Shown here piece by piece: positions 9,230 to 21,484 of a DNA stretch of 64,000 nt; position 1 is the stretch's first letter; every line of letters begins with the position of its first letter. Location: the NCBI GenBank assembly GCA_963741085.1, contig CAVUGM010000001.1, positions 124,558 through 188,557 of the forward strand, read 5' to 3'. The stretch is from an uncultured Chloroflexia bacterium (GTDB lineage Bacteria; Chloroflexota; Limnocylindria; Limnocylindrales; CSP1-4). The translations under genes and the position numbers were made by a program. The notes under the pieces were generated by a model, which searched no databases, was not told the origin of the DNA, and saw only the letters and a list, made by a program, of their open reading frames with translations.

Positions 9230-10270
9230 GCGACGCGGCCGCCGGCCGAACGCCGGTGGGCTACTACTGGGGTGATGACGAGTACGGGCTGGAGGCGGCG
9301 GTCCGCGCCCTCGGCACGGAGGATGTCGGGACCGGACGAGCGAGCCACCCAGGCCCTGGCGGACGACCGGCGCTGCGACGCGACCCGGCGAGATCGCCGA
9401 GAAGGTGGCCACCGCCACCCTGTTCGGCGGCGGGACGCTGGTGATCGTCGAGGACCCGATGCCGCTCGTCCGGGCCAGGGCGGAGCGGGAGGCACTACTG
9501 GCGACCTTCGCTGCGGTCGCGGCCGGCAATGCCCTGGCGTTCGTGGAGCCGAATCGACGGGAGCGGCCGGCGGCCAAAGGCGCTCGAGGAGCTGGCCGGC
9601 GCGGTGGGGGACGCCGGGGGCGAGGTCCGCCAGGTCGTGGCGCCCCGCGAGGGCGGCATGGCGCGCTGGATCGAGGAGCGCGCGGCGGAGCTCGGTATCT
9701 CGCCTCGAGCACGGCGCCGCCGAGGCGCTGGCGCGCAAGATCGGGGCATTCGTCCGCGAGGGCGACGTCGACCGGCGTCGCCAGGGCCGCCTCGCGGTCG
9801 CGGAGCTGGAGCAAGCTCGCCGTCTATCGACTCGACGCCCCGGTCCGCGCCGAGGACGTCGATGCCCTCGTCGCCGACGCCGTCCCAGGCTCGACGTGGG
9901 CCTTCGCCGACGCTGTCGGTGCCCGCCGGGCGCGCGAGGCGACGGAGCCTGCTCGACCGCCTCCTCGAGACGACGCCGGAGCCGGTGCTGGTCGCGATCC
10001 TCCACCGGCGAGTCCGGGAGATCCTGATGGTCGCGGATCACCGCGCGCGGGGCGACACGATCCAGGCGACCGCACGGGCGCTCAAGCTCAAGGAGTTCCC
10101 TGCCCGCAAGCTCTGGGAGCAGGGCATGGCGTGGCGGCAGGACGAGCTCGTCGGGGCGCTGGAGGGTCTCCTCGAGCTCGACGCGACGCTCAAGGGCGAG
10201 CGCGACCGACGCGCGACGACGACGGCTGGCCTTCTCGCTGTGGATCGCGGAGCGCGTGGCGCGGATCTGA
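9226..10270 (+). pseudogene. holA: DNA polymerase III delta subunit, broken by about 7 frameshifts (possibly assembly indels)
   Basis: The GTG overlaps the HD gene stop (GTGA). Conserved pieces rotate through all three frames: VGYYWGDDEYGLEAAVRAL; ATATLFGGGTLVIVEDP; ALEELAGAVGDAGGEVRQV...ARWIEERAAELGI; EHGAAEALARKIG; KLAVYRLDAPVRAEDVDALV; LLDRLLETTPEPVLVAILHRRVREILMV...LKLKEFPARKLWEQ; and the ending LAFSLWIAERVARI*. Confidence 0.75.
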
Positions 10271-10318
10271 CATGCGGCGGCGCGACGGCCGCCGCCTCGG
10301 ATGCCCGCCCGGAGGCCC

Positions 10319-10574
10319 TCAGTCGGCGCTCGACCAGGCCTGCTCCTGGACGACGAGGTCGGACTCGATCGCGAAGACGCAGCGTGCGCGTCCGAGGTGG
10401 AGGACGCTCGATCAGCTCGGGGTCGATGTAGAGCTGGTGGCAGTCCTCGCAGAGGCCGGCCGGGATCGCGAAGCAGAGGCGCTCCGCCGCCCTCGACCGT
10501 CCGGAAGTCGCGTCGAAACGCGAGACGACGAGGCGGCGGGTGCACTCGGGGCATCGATCGCGCAGGCTCGCCAT
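10319..10574 (-). pseudogene. Small zinc-ribbon protein (CPEC...CEDC) with one frameshift
   Basis: MASLRDRCPECTRRLVVSRFD...LCFAIPAGLCEDCHQLYIDPELIER is followed, after a +1 step, by VLHLGRARCVFAIESDLVVQEQAWSSAD*. GC3 stays high in both pieces. I do not recognise the family. Confidence 0.4.
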
Positions 10575-10729
10575 CGGGGCTTCCGAACCTCGGACTGCAG
10601 GACCGATCCGCTCGGCCGTGCCCGGATTGTCGGTGCCGCCGGCGGCCGGCGGCGATGGGTCGCTCGTACCGTCCGCTGGCGACGGTCGTCCCCCACCCGG
10701 TCGTCCGACCGGGCTACCGGACGGGCGGT

Positions 10730-11311
10730 CTACAGGACGCGGAGGATCGTGCGCGCCTCGGCCCACAGCCGCTCGAGCGCGTAGAAGTCACGCTCCGGAG
10801 GAGCGAAGACGTGGACGACGACGGCGCCCGCGTCGAGGAGGACCCAGTGCGAGATGCGCCTCGCCTTCGCGTGCCAGGATCGGGCTCCCCTCGGCCTTGA
10901 GCCCCTCGGCGATCCCGTCGGCGATCGCGTCCAGCTGGCGCTCCGACCCGCCGCGAGCAGATCACCAGGTAGTCGGCGACGGTCGTCAGCGGCGCGATCT
11001 CGAGAAGCACGATGTCGGCCGCCTTCTTGTCCTCGGCGAGCTCGACGATCCGGCGCGCGATGTCGAGCGGATCGCGATCCGTAGCCGGCGGCGGCGTCGT
11101 GCGCGCGGGAAGGCCGGCACGCGATGCCACTCGGGAGCCCGCGGCGACGCGCCCGCCGTCGGCGGCTGGATCGGGTTCCAGGCCGTCCGCGGCAGCGTCG
11201 GCCCGCGGTCGCCGGCTGGCGTGGGTCGGGCCCGGCGGTCGCCGGCTCTGCGGCAGGGGCGTCGGGCTCCAGCGCAGGATCGGGAGGTTCGAGGACGGGA
11301 TCGAGGGACAT
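10730..11311 (-). pseudogene. rsfS: Ribosome silencing factor RsfS with a Pro/Asp/Ala-rich N-terminal extension; 3 frameshifts (possibly assembly indels)
   Basis: A strong RBS (GAGGAGG) lies 4 nt before the ATG (complement 11309-11311), which is 8 nt after the nadD stop. The core is DPLDIARRIVELAEDKKAADIVLLEIAPLTTVADYLVICS | GSERQLDAIADGIAEGLKAEG | HWVLLDAGAVVVHVFAPPERDFYALERLW, spread over three frames. Confidence 0.75.
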
Positions 11312-11319
11312 GTGCCTCC

Positions 11320-11979
11320 TCAGGGACGGGCCGGCAGAGCGGCGGGCTCCGGGCCGGCGACGTACAGAGCGTACTCCGCGATGACGGCCGCCACGGCGTC
11401 GGGGACGAGGTAGCGAATGGAACGACCGGCGCGCGCACGCTCGCGAATCTCCGACGACGAGATGGCGAGACGCGGTCGGTCGAGCACGACGAGCCGCTCG
11501 GCGGCGGGTTCGAAGCGCTCGCGGAAGGCTGCCGCCACTGCGCCCGCGGACGGGCCGCGAGGAACCACGCACAGCCTGGCCAGGCGGAGGATCCGCAGCG
11601 GGTCGCGCCACGAGGCGAACCCCGCCAGCGCCTCCGACGAGAGGATGAACCACGGGTCCGCGGCCACGCCGGACGCTGCCAGCTCGGCCAGGGTGTCGAC
11701 CGTGTAGCTCGGGCCGGAACGCTCGAGCTCACGGGTGTCGAGGACGAACGCGGCGTTCCCGGCGATCGCCTGCGCGACCATCTGCGCCCGCAGCACTCCG
11801 GCGGTCACCGGCCGACCGGCCTTCTGCCACGGCTCGCCCGCCGGCACGAAGCGCACCTCCGCGAGGTCGAGCACCTCGCGAGCCTCCTCGGCGATCGCCA
11901 GGTGGGCCAGGTGCGGGGGGTCGAACGTGCCGCCGAGGATCCCCACCTGCCGGCCGCGGGAACCGGCGAACGTAATCAT
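11320..11979 (-). CDS. nadD: nicotinate-nucleotide adenylyltransferase
   Basis: C-terminal 219 aa of ORF 11320..12402 ([33 protein letters not shown]...SYTVDTL...[21 protein letters not shown]). The ATG overlaps the obg stop (ATGA). The gene is intact. Confidence 0.9.
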   Translation of the reverse strand: MITFAGSRGRQVGILGGTFDPPHLAHLAIAEEAREVLDLAEVRFVPAGEPWQKAGRPVTAGVLRAQMVAQAIAGNAAFVLDTRELERSGPSYTVDTLAELAASGVAADPWFILSSEALAGFASWRDPLRILRLARLCVVPRGPSAGAVAAAFRERFEPAAERLVVLDRPRLAISSSEIRERARAGRSIRYLVPDAVAAVIAEYALYVAGPEPAALPARP

Positions 11980-13276
11980 CGTTCGACCTCGTCCCAGGCG
12001 TCGGCACCCCACTCGAACTCGACCCGCCCGATGCGGACCGTGTCGCCGGCCTGGACGCCGGCGCGTCTGAGGGCGCCGTCGATCCCCAGCCGGTCGAGGT
12101 CGCGCTGGAATCGTTCCGCCGACTCCTCGACGTCGAAGTTCGTCTGGACGGCGATCCGCTCGATCCGCTTGCCGCGGACACGGAACGCTTCTCCCTCGCG
12201 CTCGAGCGTGAAACCGTCTCCGGCGGCGTCGAGCCGGTGGACGACGACTCCGGTGGGCTCGGGCTCGGCTGCCAGCCCTGCCGCGTCGGGCAGGAGCTCG
12301 GCGAGAATCGCGCGCAGGGCTCCGAGCCCGTCGCCCGCTTCCGCCGAGATCGCGACGGCCGGTACATGCTCGGCTGTGCGAGCGGCAGCGAACGCGGGCC
12401 ATGCGTCGCGGGCCGCCGACAGGTCGAGCTTGTTCAGGACGACGACCGCGGCTTGTCCAGGAGCGCCTCGTCGTGGAGGCGCAGCTCCTCGCGGATCACC
12501 CCGTAGTCCCAATCCGGGTCGCGCGACGCCCCGTCGACCATGTGGACCAGGACCCGGGTCCGCTCGACGTGACGGAGGAATGCGTGGCCCAGCCCGGCCC
12601 CCGCCGAGGCGCCCTCGATGAGGCCCGGCACGTCGGCGATCGTGGGCCGTCGGTCCCCGTCGTCGCCGAGGTCCATGACGCCGAGGTTGGGCTCCAGGGT
12701 GGTGAACGGGTAGTCGGCGATCTTCGGCCGGGCGGCGGTCAGGGCGGCGAGCAGCGTCGACTTGCCGGCGTTGGGAAGCCCGACGAGGCCGACGTCGGCG
12801 ATGAGCCGCAGCTCCAGGCGGAGCCAGCGCTCGTCGCCGGGCTCGCCGCTTCTGGGCGTGCTTCGGCGTGCGGTGCGTCGCGGTGGCGAAGTGGACGTTG
12901 CCAAGGCCGCCGCGGCCGCCGCGCGCGATCGTGACCACCTGGCCGGTCGCGACGAGATCGGCCAGCAGCTCACCCGTGGCGTCGTCGAGGACGCCCGTGC
13001 CGGGCGGAACCGGCGAGAACCAGGTCGTCGCCGGCCTTGCCGTGTCGCTTCGCCCCCGTGCCGCGCCCGCCCGGCTCGGCGCGGAAGTGGTGCTTGAAGC
13101 GGAAGTCCCGCAGCGTCGTCAGGCCCGGATCGACCTGCAGGACGATGCTGCCTCCGCGCCCACCGTCACCCCCGTCCGGGCCGCCCGCGGGGCACGTGCG
13201 CCTCACGCCGGAAGGTGGCCGCGCCGTCGCCACCGTCACCGGCGCGGACCCAGATCTTGACGCGGTCGAGGAACAT
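11976..13276 (-). pseudogene. obg: GTPase Obg/CgtA, broken by 4 frameshifts (possibly assembly indels)
   Basis: The pieces are [29 protein letters not shown] | [42 protein letters not shown] | [16 protein letters not shown]...[15 protein letters not shown] | [19 protein letters not shown]...[10 protein letters not shown] | VVVLNKLDL..., followed by a C-terminal TGS-like domain. One inserted C can be read directly at 13189-13192. Confidence 0.85.
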
Positions 13277-13385
13277 CGGCCCGATTGTCGCACGCGGCCG
13301 TGGAAATCCGGCCGGGGCGGGCGGATGCGAGCGTGAGCTGCGGCGGGCAGGTGTCGCCTGATCCGGGATCTGGGCAGCCTGGGGG

Positions 13386-14787
13386 CTACAGGTACGCGAG
13401 CGGGTTGACGCGGGTGCCGCCGTTCCAGACCGGTCCGCGCCAGACCTCGAAGTGGAGGTGCGGGCCGGTCGCCCTGCCACTCGCGCCCGATCCGGCCGAT
13501 GAACGCCCCGCGTCCCACCCGCGCCCCGGCCCGCGTGGCCAGCGACGACATGTGGTTGTAGGTCGTGTACAGGCCGCCGCCGTGGGCGATCCACACCTGG
13601 TAACCGCCGCCGTTGTCCCTCCAGCCCGCGAAGATGACCGTGCCGGCTGCGGCCGCCCGGATTCGCCGTCCCGTAGTCGCCCGCGATGTCGAGCGCCGGG
13701 TGGTAGTAGCTGAAGTACTGGCTGATGTAGCCACCCGCGACCGGCCAGGGAAGGAGCCGCCGCTGTACTGGCTCGGCGCGGCATAGCTCGTGCGGCTCGA
13801 CCCGCGGGACGTGGTCGACGGCCGGCTCGACCGTGGCCACGTGGACCGCGGGCGGCTTGGTCGGCGTCGGGGTCGCGATCGCGTCGCCACGTGCGCCGGG
13901 GAGGATCAGCACCTGGCCGATCACCAGCGTCTCGCTCGTGAGGCCGTTCGTCTTGACGATGTCGGCGGGGTTGACGTCCTCCGAGGCCGCGATCGAGATC
14001 AGCGTGTCACCGGCCTTCACGGTCACCACGAGGCCGTCGACCGGCGGGATCACCAGGACCTGCCCGACCTTCAGGTCGTCCTTCGACTTCAGGTGATTTG
14101 CCCACCAGATCGTCATCATCGAGACGCCCGTGCGGCTGGCGATGCCGGTCAGCGTGTCACCCGAGCGGACGGTGTACGTGCGGAGCTGGCTGCTGCCGTC
14201 GGGGACGCTCGTGTCCACCACGACCGGCTTGAGGAGCGTCCCGTCTGCGAGGAACTGGCCGGCAACGTCCGGGCCGCCAGTGGCGGCCGCCTGCTGGGCG
14301 GCGGCGACGCCGCCGGCCGACTGGTCGATGCCGATCCCCGCGTCCACTCCCCCACCGGCCGGGCCGTTCGGGCCGTCGATCGTCCCGCCCGTGTTGGGAC
14401 CGGTGTCGCCGCCAATGACGAGGCGGGGCGAGGTGCCGGAGCCCTCGGTCGCACCGCGCGCCGACCGGTGAGTCCCGGTACCGCCGTGATCGACGCGACC
14501 AGCAGGAAGACGGCGACGAGGATGGGAACCAGGCGCTCAGGGGCCTCGAGTCGGCGCAGCAGGGCGTGGGGCGTGAGGGCTGGCCGGGCGGCCGGCGCCA
14601 ACAGCTTCGCGGCGGCGGCGCCTCGGGCTCCCGGACGGAGGCGCGTCGCGGCTCGCCGCGTGGCATTCGCGCGGTCCGCGAGTCTGATGCCGTGGCGTAG
14701 CGGTCTCTGGGCCCGGGGCTCGGAATCCCGGCCGTCACCGCGCAGTCGGGACAGTAGTCGCTGCGCAGCGACCGTTGCGTTCAGCAA
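13386..14787 (-). pseudogene. Secreted or anchored cell-wall hydrolase with an N-terminal TM segment, two LysM domains and an M23 peptidase domain; at least 3 frameshifts
   Basis: The TTG start at 14787 follows AGGAG. The TM segment is LVPILVAVFLLVASITAV. The LysM domains are YTVRSGDTLTGIASRTGVS...VGQVLVIP and VTVKAGDTLISIAASEDVN...IGQVLILP. The M23 domain reads [24 protein letters not shown] | [12 protein letters not shown]...[19 protein letters not shown] | [10 protein letters not shown]. Confidence 0.75.
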
Positions 14788-15060
14788 TACGGTCTCCTGG
14801 AGCGGACGCCGGCGACCGTCGAGGGGGGTTGGGGAGATGGCCGGCCGTCGCCCGTGACGCGGTATTGAGCTGGGGTCTCGATACGGCGTTCTGGCAGCCC
14901 GCCTCCCGGACGAGCGTTAACGAGACGTTAGCAGACGATCAGGGAGACGGCAACTCGGGCCCACGCACCCGGGACCCCTGCCGTTGCGCCTGACCCGGTG
15001 GGCCAAACGGCCCGTCGCGCGGCACGAGGACGCGTGCGCGCCCGCCGGCGGCTCTCCGGC

Positions 15061-16449
15061 CTAGCCGGCAGTCGCGTCGGCGCTCCTCTGGAGGGAGGCC
15101 AGGAACAGCGCGTTGTTCTCGGTCTTGGCCAGTCGGTTGAGCAGCAGCTCGATGCCCTCGTTCGTGCCCACGGCCGAAAGCATGCGGCGCATCGTCCAGA
15201 CCATCTTCAGGACCGGCTCCTCGAGGAGGAGCTCCTCGCGGCGCGTTCCGGACCGCTGGACGTCGATCGCCGGGAAGATCCGCTTCTCGGCCAGCTTGCG
15301 ATCGAGGATCAGCTCGCTGTTGCCGGTCCCCTTGAACTCCTCGTAGATCACGTCATCCATGCGCGAGCCCGTGTCGACCAGGCAGGTGGCGATGATGGTG
15401 AGCGAGCCGCCCTCCTCGATCTTCCGCGCCGCCCCGAAGAAGCGCTTGGGCGGATAGAGGGCGATCGGGTCGATGCCGCCGGAGAGCGTCCGACCAGACG
15501 GCGGCAGGGCCAGGTTGTAGGCCCGGGCAAGGCGCGTCACGGAGTCGAGCAGGATCACGACGTCTCGGCCGGTTTCAACCTGCCGCTTGGCGATCTCGAG
15601 GGCCATCTCGGCGACGTGAGTGTGGTTCTCGGTCGGCTCATCGAACGTGGAGCTGATGACCTCGCCCTTGACCGAGCGGCGCATGTCGGTGACCTCCTCG
15701 GGCCGCTCACCGATGAGGGCGACCATCAGGAGGATCTCCGGGTAGTTCGCCGTGATCCCGTTGGCGATGTTCTTGAGAAGCATCGTCTTGCCGGCCTTGG
15801 GCGGGCTGACGATGAGAGCGCGCTGGCCCTTCCCAATCGGGTTGACGATGTTGACCAGGCGCTGGCTCAGGTTCTTCGGGTCCGACTCGAGGTTGAGCAG
15901 CTCGATCGGGTGAATCGGCGTCAGGTCGGCGAAGTGCGGCCGGCGACGCGCCGTGTCGGGGTCCACCCCGTTGACGGTGTCGACCCGGAGCATCCCCCAG
16001 TACTTCTCGCCCTCGCGCGGGGCACGCACCGTGCCACCGACGCGGTCGCCGATGCGAAGGCCGAACCGGCGCACCTGGCTCGAGCTGACGTACACGTCGT
16101 CGGGACCGGGCATGAGCCCGTGGCGCCGGAGGAACCCGTAGCCCTCGTCCACGACGTCAAGGATCCCGGTCGCATAGGCTTGGCCGAGGCGCTCGGACTG
16201 GCGCTGCAGGATCGCGTCGACGAGGTCGTCGCGGCGCTCGACGGCGTCGGTCTCGACCTCGAGCTCGGCCGCGGTGGCGCGCAGCTCGGCCGCGCTCATG
16301 TCGCGGAGCTCGGCAGCCCCGATCTCGGGGCCCTCGTCTCCGCTGCCGTTCAGCTCGTCGACCTCCGGGAACCCGGACGCGCGCCCCCCCTGGGGACGGC
16401 GGCGCGGGCGCCGGTTGCGGGTGCGCTGCGGGTCGGGACCGTTCGGCAT
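15061..16449 (-). CDS. rho: transcription termination factor Rho
   Basis: ORF 15061..16449 is intact. It shows the Rho_N and RNA-binding region ([14 protein letters not shown]...[17 protein letters not shown]), a P-loop (PPKAGKT), and RLARAYN...[25 protein letters not shown]. Confidence 0.95.
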   Translation of the reverse strand: MPNGPDPQRTRNRRPRRRPQGGRASGFPEVDELNGSGDEGPEIGAAELRDMSAAELRATAAELEVETDAVERRDDLVDAILQRQSERLGQAYATGILDVVDEGYGFLRRHGLMPGPDDVYVSSSQVRRFGLRIGDRVGGTVRAPREGEKYWGMLRVDTVNGVDPDTARRRPHFADLTPIHPIELLNLESDPKNLSQRLVNIVNPIGKGQRALIVSPPKAGKTMLLKNIANGITANYPEILLMVALIGERPEEVTDMRRSVKGEVISSTFDEPTENHTHVAEMALEIAKRQVETGRDVVILLDSVTRLARAYNLALPPSGRTLSGGIDPIALYPPKRFFGAARKIEEGGSLTIIATCLVDTGSRMDDVIYEEFKGTGNSELILDRKLAEKRIFPAIDVQRSGTRREELLLEEPVLKMVWTMRRMLSAVGTNEGIELLLNRLAKTENNALFLASLQRSADATAG

Positions 16450-16853
16450 GGGGGTGAGATCACCTGCGGGGCTGGGATCGGTCTCGACGACCGATGGGCT
16501 GGGCGCACGGGCGCGGAATCTGATCCGCGGCGGCGGTGCGTGTGGGATGAGCGGAGCATACCACGGGGTGTCGGGCCGTCAACGGGGGGCGCGGCGGCAT
16601 CTCGAGGGCGGCACGCGGGCACGCGGGCGCGGGCGCGACGGCCACCACGCGTGGCACCGGGGGGGCTTGGGTGGCACGGCGAACACGGATGCCAATCACC
16701 CGGAACGCACGGTCTCCGGTCGCGCCGCGGTGAACGGGAGACCGGCGGCGGGTGACGCTCGGCAGGCGAGGTCACGCCCGGCCGGCGCCTCCCCCTCGGT
16801 CGGAGCCTCCGTGCGCCTCCGCCGGCCTCTCGGCCGCGATTGTTCCCCCGGCC

Positions 16854-17516
16854 CTACCCCTTGGCCGCGGCCTCGGCGGTCGCCTTCGCCCAGTCCGCCT
16901 TGAAGAGCTCGATGCCGCGGTCGGTCAGCGGGTGGTGGATCATCTGGGTGAGGACCTTGAAGGGGACGGTCGCGATATGGGCGCCGGCGAGCGCCGCGTC
17001 GGTCACGTGGCGCGGGTGGCGGACCGATGCGGTGATGATCTCGGCGTCGTAGTCGTGGATGTTGAGGATGTCCGCGAGCTCGCGGATCACCGTCATCCCG
17101 TCCTCGTTGATGTCGTCGAGGCGTCCGACGAAGGGCGACAGCAGCGACGCGCCAGCCTTGGCGGCGAGCAGCCCCTGGTTGGCCGTGAAGAGGAGCGTGC
17201 AGTTCGTCCTGATCCCCTCGTCCGCCAGCCGGCTGATCGCCTCCAGGCCGTTCTCGCACATCGGGATCTTCACGACGATGTTGGGGGCGAGGGCGGCGAA
17301 GTGGCGGCCCTCGGAGAGCATCCCGTCGACATCGTCGGCCACGACCTCGGCGCTGACGGGACCCGAGGTGAGCTTACAGATCTGGAGGATGACGTCGTCG
17401 TAGCTGCCGCCGACCTTGGCGTAGAGCGTCGGGTTCGTGGTGACGCCGTCGATGACGCCCCACCGCACGCCGGTGCGGATCTCGTCGATTTCGGCGGTGT
17501 CGAGGAAGAGCTTCAT
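16854..17516 (-). CDS. fsa: Short-type transaldolase / fructose-6-phosphate aldolase (Tal-FSA subfamily)
   Basis: MKLFLDTAEIDEIRTGVRWGVIDGVTTNPTL...VKIPMCENGLEA...NCTLLFTANQ...LSPFVGRLDD. It is 220 aa and intact. Confidence 0.9.
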   Translation of the reverse strand: MKLFLDTAEIDEIRTGVRWGVIDGVTTNPTLYAKVGGSYDDVILQICKLTSGPVSAEVVADDVDGMLSEGRHFAALAPNIVVKIPMCENGLEAISRLADEGIRTNCTLLFTANQGLLAAKAGASLLSPFVGRLDDINEDGMTVIRELADILNIHDYDAEIITASVRHPRHVTDAALAGAHIATVPFKVLTQMIHHPLTDRGIELFKADWAKATAEAAAKG

Positions 17517-17639
17517 CGCGGCCTCCGGGCGTGGCGTCAGGGTGCCCGGCGATTGTACGCGGCTACGCAGAAGCGCCCGACGGCACCCTCAGGATGGCAC
17601 CCTGCCCAGCGCCTCGACCGTTCGGCACGTCACGGGGAG

Positions 17640-19347
<1,708 letters not shown>

Positions 19348-19645
19348 GGGCTGGGCTCCTCCGGGGTTTTTCCGATGCTACCGGATCAGGCTCCCCCGGA
19401 CAAGGCGTCGAAGGTTGCGAAACGGTGCCGCGGGCTGAGCAGGGTCGTGGCGGGACCAGGCGCTTCGAAGAGGAGATGCCCGCCGGGCGGTCGCTCCCCC
19501 TCGTCCAGTCACGCTCGCCGGAGCGGGCGGCGCTCACGTCGACGAGCTCTCCCCTTCGAGCGCCGAGGGAAGCGCTCGCGTAGGCTGATCAGGCCGCGGC
19601 AAGCGTGGCGCGGCAAGCGTGCCGCCCGCAACTCGGAGGTCGCAG

Positions 19646-20054
19646 GTGCCATACGTCGCCCCGCAGGATGTGGCTGCCGTCAGCGATGGCCAAGCGTTGC
19701 TGGAGATCGCGGCCGGCCTCGGACCCCCGCCCTGGCGCAGGCCGCTCGCCGCATCATCGGCGCTGCGCGCGGTCCTGTGGGGCTGGCCTGCCGGCTTTCA
19801 GACCACTCCCCACGTCCATCCGCGGGCAGAAGAGCTCTTCCACGTCCTCGCCGGACGGGCGTCGTTCGGGTTCGAGGGCGCCGCGCCGCGGACCCTGGGT
19901 CCGGGCGAGATCCTCGTGGCGCCGCGAGGCGTCGAGCACGAGATCAGGGTGCTCCAGGGCGACCCGTTCGTCATGCTGATCGTGCTGGCACCCAACGAGG
20001 ATGCGCCGGACGAGACGATCGACCGGATGCGAGGCCCCGCTCGAGGCCGGCTGA
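19646..20054 (+). CDS. Cupin domain protein; the 3' end is unresolved and a frameshift is likely near 20015-20035
   Basis: The N-terminal part of ORF 19619..21430 has the cupin core PHVHPRAEELFHVLAGRASF...GEILVAPRGVEHEI. The track ORF then runs 1.4 kb antisense to the aminotransferase with no stop. The +1 frame has high GC3 and stops at TGA 20052-20054. Confidence 0.5.
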
Positions 20055-20080
20055 CCGGCGGCCGCCCCCCCCGAGGCGCC

Positions 20081-21418
20081 TCAGCCCGCCGCGCCCGTGC
20101 CCTCGGCCTCGACGTCCGCGAGGGCTGCGTCCAGGATCCCGAGCACCTCGTCGACCTCGGCGGCGGTGATCGTCAAGGGAGGGGCGAGGACGAGCATCCA
20201 GTGGCTGGCCCGCAGGAGGAGCCCCCTCCGCCGGGCCGCGTCGCGGACGCGCGTGCCGATGGCCGCCTCGGCCGGGAAGCGCTCCAGCGTCGCCCGGTCC
20301 GCGACGAACTCGACCCCGACGAGGAGGCCCATGCCGCGCACGTCGCCGATCCATGCGTGCTTCGCCTGCAGCCCGCGCAGCCCGGCCCGCAGCCGCTCGC
20401 CCTGGACGACGGCGTTAGCCGAGAGGTCGTCGCCGAGCAGCTGGTCGATCGCGGCGATGCCGATCGCGCAGGCCACCGGATTGGCGCCGTAGGTGTGGCC
20501 GCTGTGGAACTGGACCAGGTCGCGCGGCTCGCCCCAGAAGGGCTGGGCGACCTGCCGCGCCAGCACGACGGCGGACAGCGGAGCGTAGCCTCCGCTGAGG
20601 CCCTTGCCGAGGCACAGGATGTCGGCCCAGGTCCCGAAGATCTCCGAGGCGAACATCGCGCCAAGCCGCCCGAATGCCGTGATGATCTCGTCGAAGATCA
20701 GCAGGATCCCGTGGCGGTCGCACACCTCGCGCAGCCCCGGCAGGTAGCCCTCGGGCGGGACGACGACTCCCGCGGACATGAGGACCGGCTCGGTGATGAA
20801 GGCCGCGATCGTCTGCGGGTCCTCGAGCTCGATGACCTCCTCGACCAGCCGCAGGTAGGTTGCGGCGACCGCCTCGGGTGCGAGCACGCCCGGGGCCGCG
20901 AACGGGGGGCGGAAGGGATCCGGGGTGTGGAGGTGGATGAAGCCGCCGGCGAGCGGCTCGTAGGGGGCGCGCCACGTCGGCCAGCCGCTGGCGGCGACGG
21001 CGTGGCCGGTAGCCCCGTGGTACGACCGGTAGTGGGAGAGGATCTTGTACTTCCCGGCGTTGCCGGTCTGCTTGTGGAACTGGCGGGCGATCTTCATCGC
21101 CGCTTCGGTGGCCTCGCTGCCGCCGGAGAGCAGCTTCACCACCGAGTAGCCGGCGGGCAGGATCCCCAGCACCTTCGCGATGAGCTCGAGCGCCCGGTCG
21201 TTGGTGGCCATCGTCGGCGCGGCCATCGCCAGGCGGCGGAGCTGTGCCGCGCCGGCGTCGGCCAGGGCCGTGTTGCCATGGCCGAGGGAGGCGCAGAAGG
21301 TCCCCGACAGGCCGTCGATGTAGCGACGTCCCTCGACGTCGATGACCCGGATCCCCTCGCCGTCGGTGAGCACGAGGGGATCGTCGGCGAACGACTTCAT
21401 CTGCATGAAGTCGACCAT
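20081..21418 (-). CDS. Class III (omega-type) PLP-dependent aminotransferase
   Basis: ORF 20081..21418 is intact, with LSGGSEATEAAMKIAR...AAFITEPV...LLIFDEIITAFGRLG...LGKGLSGGYAPLSA...HSGHTYGANPVACA. Confidence 0.9.
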   Translation of the reverse strand: MVDFMQMKSFADDPLVLTDGEGIRVIDVEGRRYIDGLSGTFCASLGHGNTALADAGAAQLRRLAMAAPTMATNDRALELIAKVLGILPAGYSVVKLLSGGSEATEAAMKIARQFHKQTGNAGKYKILSHYRSYHGATGHAVAASGWPTWRAPYEPLAGGFIHLHTPDPFRPPFAAPGVLAPEAVAATYLRLVEEVIELEDPQTIAAFITEPVLMSAGVVVPPEGYLPGLREVCDRHGILLIFDEIITAFGRLGAMFASEIFGTWADILCLGKGLSGGYAPLSAVVLARQVAQPFWGEPRDLVQFHSGHTYGANPVACAIGIAAIDQLLGDDLSANAVVQGERLRAGLRGLQAKHAWIGDVRGMGLLVGVEFVADRATLERFPAEAAIGTRVRDAARRRGLLLRASHWMLVLAPPLTITAAEVDEVLGILDAALADVEAEGTGAAG

Positions 21419-21484
21419 CGTCCGGGCTGACCTCGTCGTGCACCGTCATCTCCTGCTCGGGCCGGATCGGTGGCGGGACATCCG

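Noticed and set aside
14998-16755. 585-aa plus-strand ORF opposite rho
   Set aside because: It is the mirror frame of an intact, unmistakable rho gene. Its low-complexity Asp/Leu/Arg/Gly composition is characteristic of antisense translation.
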